This document shows positions 59,626 to 64,000 of a stretch of 64,000 bases of DNA, piece by piece. Source of the stretch: Eremomyces bilateralis CBS 781.70 (Eukaryota); the NCBI GenBank assembly GCA_010015585.1, contig ML975173.1. One strand, 5' to 3'. How positions within the stretch are numbered: position 1 is the first letter of the stretch; every line of letters begins with the position of its first letter. A program made the position numbers and the translations under genes. The notes beneath the pieces were generated by a model that saw only the letters and a program-made list of their open reading frames with translations, was not told the DNA's origin and ran no database searches.

Positions 59626-62600
59626 GATGAATTCGGGAGAAGGCTGTGCCTTCCACGAAGGCGCGACAATAGGCTTTCCAACTCCTGTCGCTTTTCCCAA
59701 TCGTTATTGTTCTTTTGCGCAGGTCGAGGTATTGATCGCAAGGTTTGCGCCCGGTGGCAAGGTGGTGATGCTGTGGTTTCTAGTGCAGGTCTGTCTCAGC
59801 CCCACCGAGTCGGGATTCGAACGGCTTTGCGCAGGTGGCAAGGCGGGATCACAGCGGACGGCTGGGAGCACCGCACCAGAGAGAAAATGGGATCAACCTA
59901 AAACAAATCGGTGGAGCTATCGGCATGCGACCGAATATTGAGCAGAGAGCAGGTCAAGTGGTCCTGTCGTGGAGGTGAAACAGGGTCGAAGAGGGGAGAG
60001 AAGGCGGAGGGGAAGTCGGATGCGGGACAGTCCGCGCCAGGGCAGATCAGACGGGCTAAACTCTGAAGTGAGTCCAGGAGAACTGGGGTGATGTCGTGAC
60101 TTTGAGAAACTCTTCCGGCAAGTCGATGAGGCTCTGCAGAGCGAGTAGGAATGATGGTGAAGGGAAGGTCCAAGCACGGATGTCAATATTGAAAGGAAGC
60201 GATGAGGAATGAACAGACCCAAAGAGGAGGCGATTCAGCCAACCCGACGGAAAGTCTGAGCCTCTAGATCGTTTTCTTGTTGGAGAGTTGGTGTGGATGA
60301 CCTGGAGCCGATGAGGATGACAGATGCACGACTGGAAGCAAAGTCAGTCCTAAGTTACAGGGTCTTGGTGCAGGCGATAAGAGTCGATCCCCCGCCACTC
60401 TCGATCTCGCTCACTTTTCTCCCGCTGTGTTACTAGCGCGGCGACTCGGAAGGTACAAATTCGGATGGTTGGGAGACTGTATATCGCTGTAGGGTCAACC
60501 ACTTCGATGCGCGGAGCACCGTGTCGAGGGATCTGGGATGTGGATGATGCGATGCGACTGACAGAACTGCACAGGTGAAGCGGGACGCTGGGAGGGATGA
60601 CGGTGATGAAAGACCCTCCAAGCCCCCCAAAGGCACAACTATCGTATTGCGCGTCACCACAATGGCGCCAGAGGTGCTCCCATAGGCTGGTTTCGAAGGG
60701 CTGGTAGGACCGAAGGAGGGAATGGGGCGGCAACGATGCGAGGGGCAGCCCGGGTGCAGCGGTTTAGCGCAGTCAGAACGGCCCAGGATGTGGAGGATGT
60801 GCGCCTAAATTGAACTTAAAGTCCATGCCCCTCCACGAGCCGGCGGGGTGTTCGGAGTTAGGGTCGTCAATTCCGCCCTGGGTAGTATCGAGGATTTGTG
60901 ATATACCCAGGATATAGTATACGTGAGGCGGTTGTTCCGCACTACGACTCGGAGGTCGCGGTTTTGATGAATAGAGTGGTCAAGGGAAAGGTCAGAACTT
61001 TGACAGTCACGGTCCTGACTCTAGAGACCTATCGGGATTAACCGCCACCAGAGTCAAGGCGAGTCGAACCGGCAGCACTTGGGGCGTTGCTTTTTTGTAG
61101 CTACGGAGCGATGCAACAGAAGCGGGGTGTGGAGGAGAGAACAATACGAATAAGGGACGAAAACAAGCAAGGAAAAAGACACATAACAGAATATACGGAT
61201 AACTACCTTAAATACAAGGACTAAGAAAGTAAGTACCTTTCTACGGATACCAGCATTGATATTATTGTACAGTGGTTCTTGAACTTCGCGAACCATACCG
61301 CTACCCTGCTTCTCCCTGACAGGAAGCCGTCTCGTCTACTGTAGCAGAGTCTGGTACGGTATGCAATATATTGCGATCCTAGGATTGATACCTAGGTACC
61401 GTTCTGTACCGTATGTTTGACCTTGAAGGAGACATGCAAGGGAACCTTGAGCAATCCCGTTCCAGAGGATAGAGTCCGACTCTGAGACCATTCAAATCCT
61501 TGGGTCTGGCGCCGGTGTTGAGGTCAGTGAGGATGAATCTTCTCGGGTGGCTAGTCGAACTAATATCGGAGGATTTTTCGTCATGATTCCATGAAACATT
61601 TGCGCAGCATACGTCGCATAAGACGCAGGTACATACTAGGGTACAAAGATAGTACCTTGGGGACCGTACCGTACGGACGTGGACGAGTTGGAGAAGCCCG
61701 GAATGCCATGATCACCACGCCAAAGAACATCCATTGTCTCGTGCTAAGCCGCTGGATGCCGAAAACAGCTCAAGCATCTCGAAATGGTGCTATCGATGTT
61801 GGCCTACGGACAGAGCCAATAATCAAGGTGAGGGCACATCGCGACACAGCGTCGCACGCATATTGATGCGCTCCTGGTAGTCAATCATCGTCAATCGCCG
61901 ACCGGCATCCCGGCCAGACGGAGAAAGAGGGGCAGGACAGTTTCCGCAAGCCTGCAGTCGGCCAGCTGCTCTGCAAGGGCCAACCCCGCCCTTCACGAAC
62001 AAAGTGCACGACACACAGGGAGCGACTGACAGTCGCTAGAGTGGCATCCGCAGAGGATCCTGCAACCTGCACATCTTTGTCCAATGCCAATGGACCCTAG
62101 TTGCAGGTTGACGCATCTCTCCGCGTTGCTCCAATCCCCCAGCCACCGCTTAATTGGCTCCAACTCACGAGCATGCGGATTGGGGCCGGAGGGTGGAAGG
62201 GGCCCTGGAATCCTGGAGCGAAACAGGTACCAGGTACAGAGTACAACTGGTGGGAAATGCATGCATGAATCATCGCATGAATCATCAATCTGCTGTTGAA
62301 GCTGATGCGGCGACATCCGGTTTTCCAAGCCTCCTGACCATCTCGAGCTCTCGACCGTTCCGGTAAAAGGACATCTCCCAAGTTCGTGCATTGGTCGAAC
62401 AGCATCAGAGCAAAATGGGTTCCATGGATAAGATCCCGATTCCGAACCGTGGATATAAGATCAGGTGCGGAGTAACCGACTGCTTTGGTAGGAAGAATGA
62501 GCGCCCAGTATGGTTCGCGGTCCCTAGGACGCCCATGCTATCGCAAGGATTAAATTGTATACCGGTAGCGATATTCCTCAGATTCGAGGTGTGTTTTTAA

Positions 62601-63340
62601 GCCAAACCGCCAAATAAGATATCATGATACTTAACCCGAGCGGATAAGGTACGGTACGGCACCGAGCGGACTTTAGTTTAGTAGTCTTCATTCGCAGAAG
62701 TCAGTGCCACCCGTACTCGAAGCGGGAAACCAGGGCAGAGTCTCGGAAATGGCTGCAAGCCTCATATCAAACTTCAGGGCAGCTCGAGATTCGTCTGGCG
62801 GAAACCGGTCGGACAATATTGCAGTGCACCGGTTTAGGACATGGCTTCAAACAATGCAGCATGCGTAGTCGTACCACGTTAGTGAAACGTTTCTGCTCGG
62901 TTTCTCGAGGGTCAAGCGCTCGACGGATGGTGATTCGCGCTGAAATTGCACCAGAGGACGACATGAATGAATCTGCGACATGGCACGGAGAATGGCGCAT
63001 ACAATAACCAGCTGATACCTCTCATGGATTGAGTACTGCAGTAGTCATGTGCAACGAGACTGCAGTATATGCACGAGTAGCGAGTAGCGAGTAGCGCGTG
63101 CATGTGAAGATGATCGGCTACGACATCGGTGGGCCATTGCGAAGTTGTATTGAAGAATAGATATTGTTCATCCTGTTCAGGTTCAAGATAAGAATGACCC
63201 CATTCTAATACTCGTAACAGCCTTGATTCTGGAATGCGAAACCTCCACACATCAGACTACATAAATTCATACCAAAATGGAGTGCGAGATGACTCAACGA
63301 CCAACACTTTGTTAACGTAGGAGAGGCGTCATCAGATTCC

Positions 63341-64000
63341 CTATTCCTTGTCCTGGAAGAACTCAACCATAACATCTTCTGCAGGCTGCAGCACAATATC
63401 CGCTCTCATCCTTGGCATAACCCCTCCCATACGGTCCTCAACTCGGGTATACGTCTGGAACACTCTCGTGAGGGTATAGCCCATCTCCGTCAAGGCGAAC
63501 TGCTGGCCGATACAGATTCTTGGCCCTCCGTTGAAGGGGATGTACGTCCAACTCTTGGGCGTCCAACCATCCCATCGCTCGGGGACGAACGAATTGACGG
63601 GAGGGAAGCCGGAAGATTCCGAAGGGTAGAGGTCAGGTCGTCGCTGCATCAAAAGGGTTGAGTAGCCGATCGGCGTATCTTTCAATATCCCAATCGGCTC
63701 ATTGCCGTCCGGTCCACCGCCTCGAGGAAGAGTCGTATCCTTCAGCGCCAATCGAACGTTGAAGGGAACCACCGGATACAAACGGAGGATCTCATTGATG
63801 ACATGCTATGATCCGGATTAGCTCCTCCAAACCCCAAGCCATCGAAATCCAAGGGCCAACTTACTTGCAGATAACGCATGCTTTTCAAATCCTCGTACGA
63901 AGGTTGACGAGTTGGTCCGACGACGGCCAAGATCTCTTCTCTCAGCTTCTTCACAACATTCGGTGCGTGGCTGAGTTCGTGGATGGTCCACATCAGAGTA
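63341..64000 (-). CDS. Cytochrome P450, CYP52-clan (alkane/fatty-acid hydroxylase-like); 3' part only, runs off the window (intron 63864-63806)
   Basis: EILR (ExxR), YPVVPFNVRLALKDTTLPRGGGPDG.EPI, PERW and heme motif PFNGGPRICIGQQFAL. Confidence 0.88.

Noticed and set aside
1..64000. tRNA, rRNA, CRISPR arrays, transposase/RT genes, RIP-degraded AT-rich blocks
   Set aside because: None recognised by eye; small ncRNAs cannot be excluded without tRNAscan-SE or Infernal.

Overview
Gene-dense genomic DNA from a filamentous ascomycete (Pezizomycotina), judged from short GT-AG introns of about 45-100 nt with CTRAC/CTAAY branch sites and from fungal-specific genes. About 24 protein-coding genes can be reconstructed by manual splicing. 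Most are housekeeping or regulatory: RIO1, ATG17, STB3-like, AP-1 beta, HIRIP3-like, TPS1, MAD1, BLI-3-like, a PPR-like protein, zeta-COP, SEC24, SGD1/NOM1, a Kid-like kinesin, NsdC/Usv1-like and a partial CYP52-like P450. The standout is a compact four-gene block at about 41.4-50.9 kb: an ACSF3/MatB-like acyl-CoA ligase ending -AKL, an acyl-CoA oxidase ending -AKL, a Zn2Cys6 transcription factor, and a crotonase-fold enzyme ending -AKI. All three enzymes carry PTS1-type C-termini. A shared CCCGAGAA-N3/4-CCG element lies about 210-270 bp upstream of three of the start codons. Together these suggest a self-regulated peroxisomal acyl-CoA catabolic cluster of unknown substrate (inference). Other unexplained structure includes a 49/50-bp inverted repeat upstream of TPS1, two unlinked ORFs sharing an N-terminal Cys spacing (one fused to UIM-like repeats), an orphan HxGH nucleotidyltransferase and a candidate micropeptide. 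No rRNA, tRNA, CRISPR array or transposase was recognised. All calls are from reading the sequence; no database searches were run.
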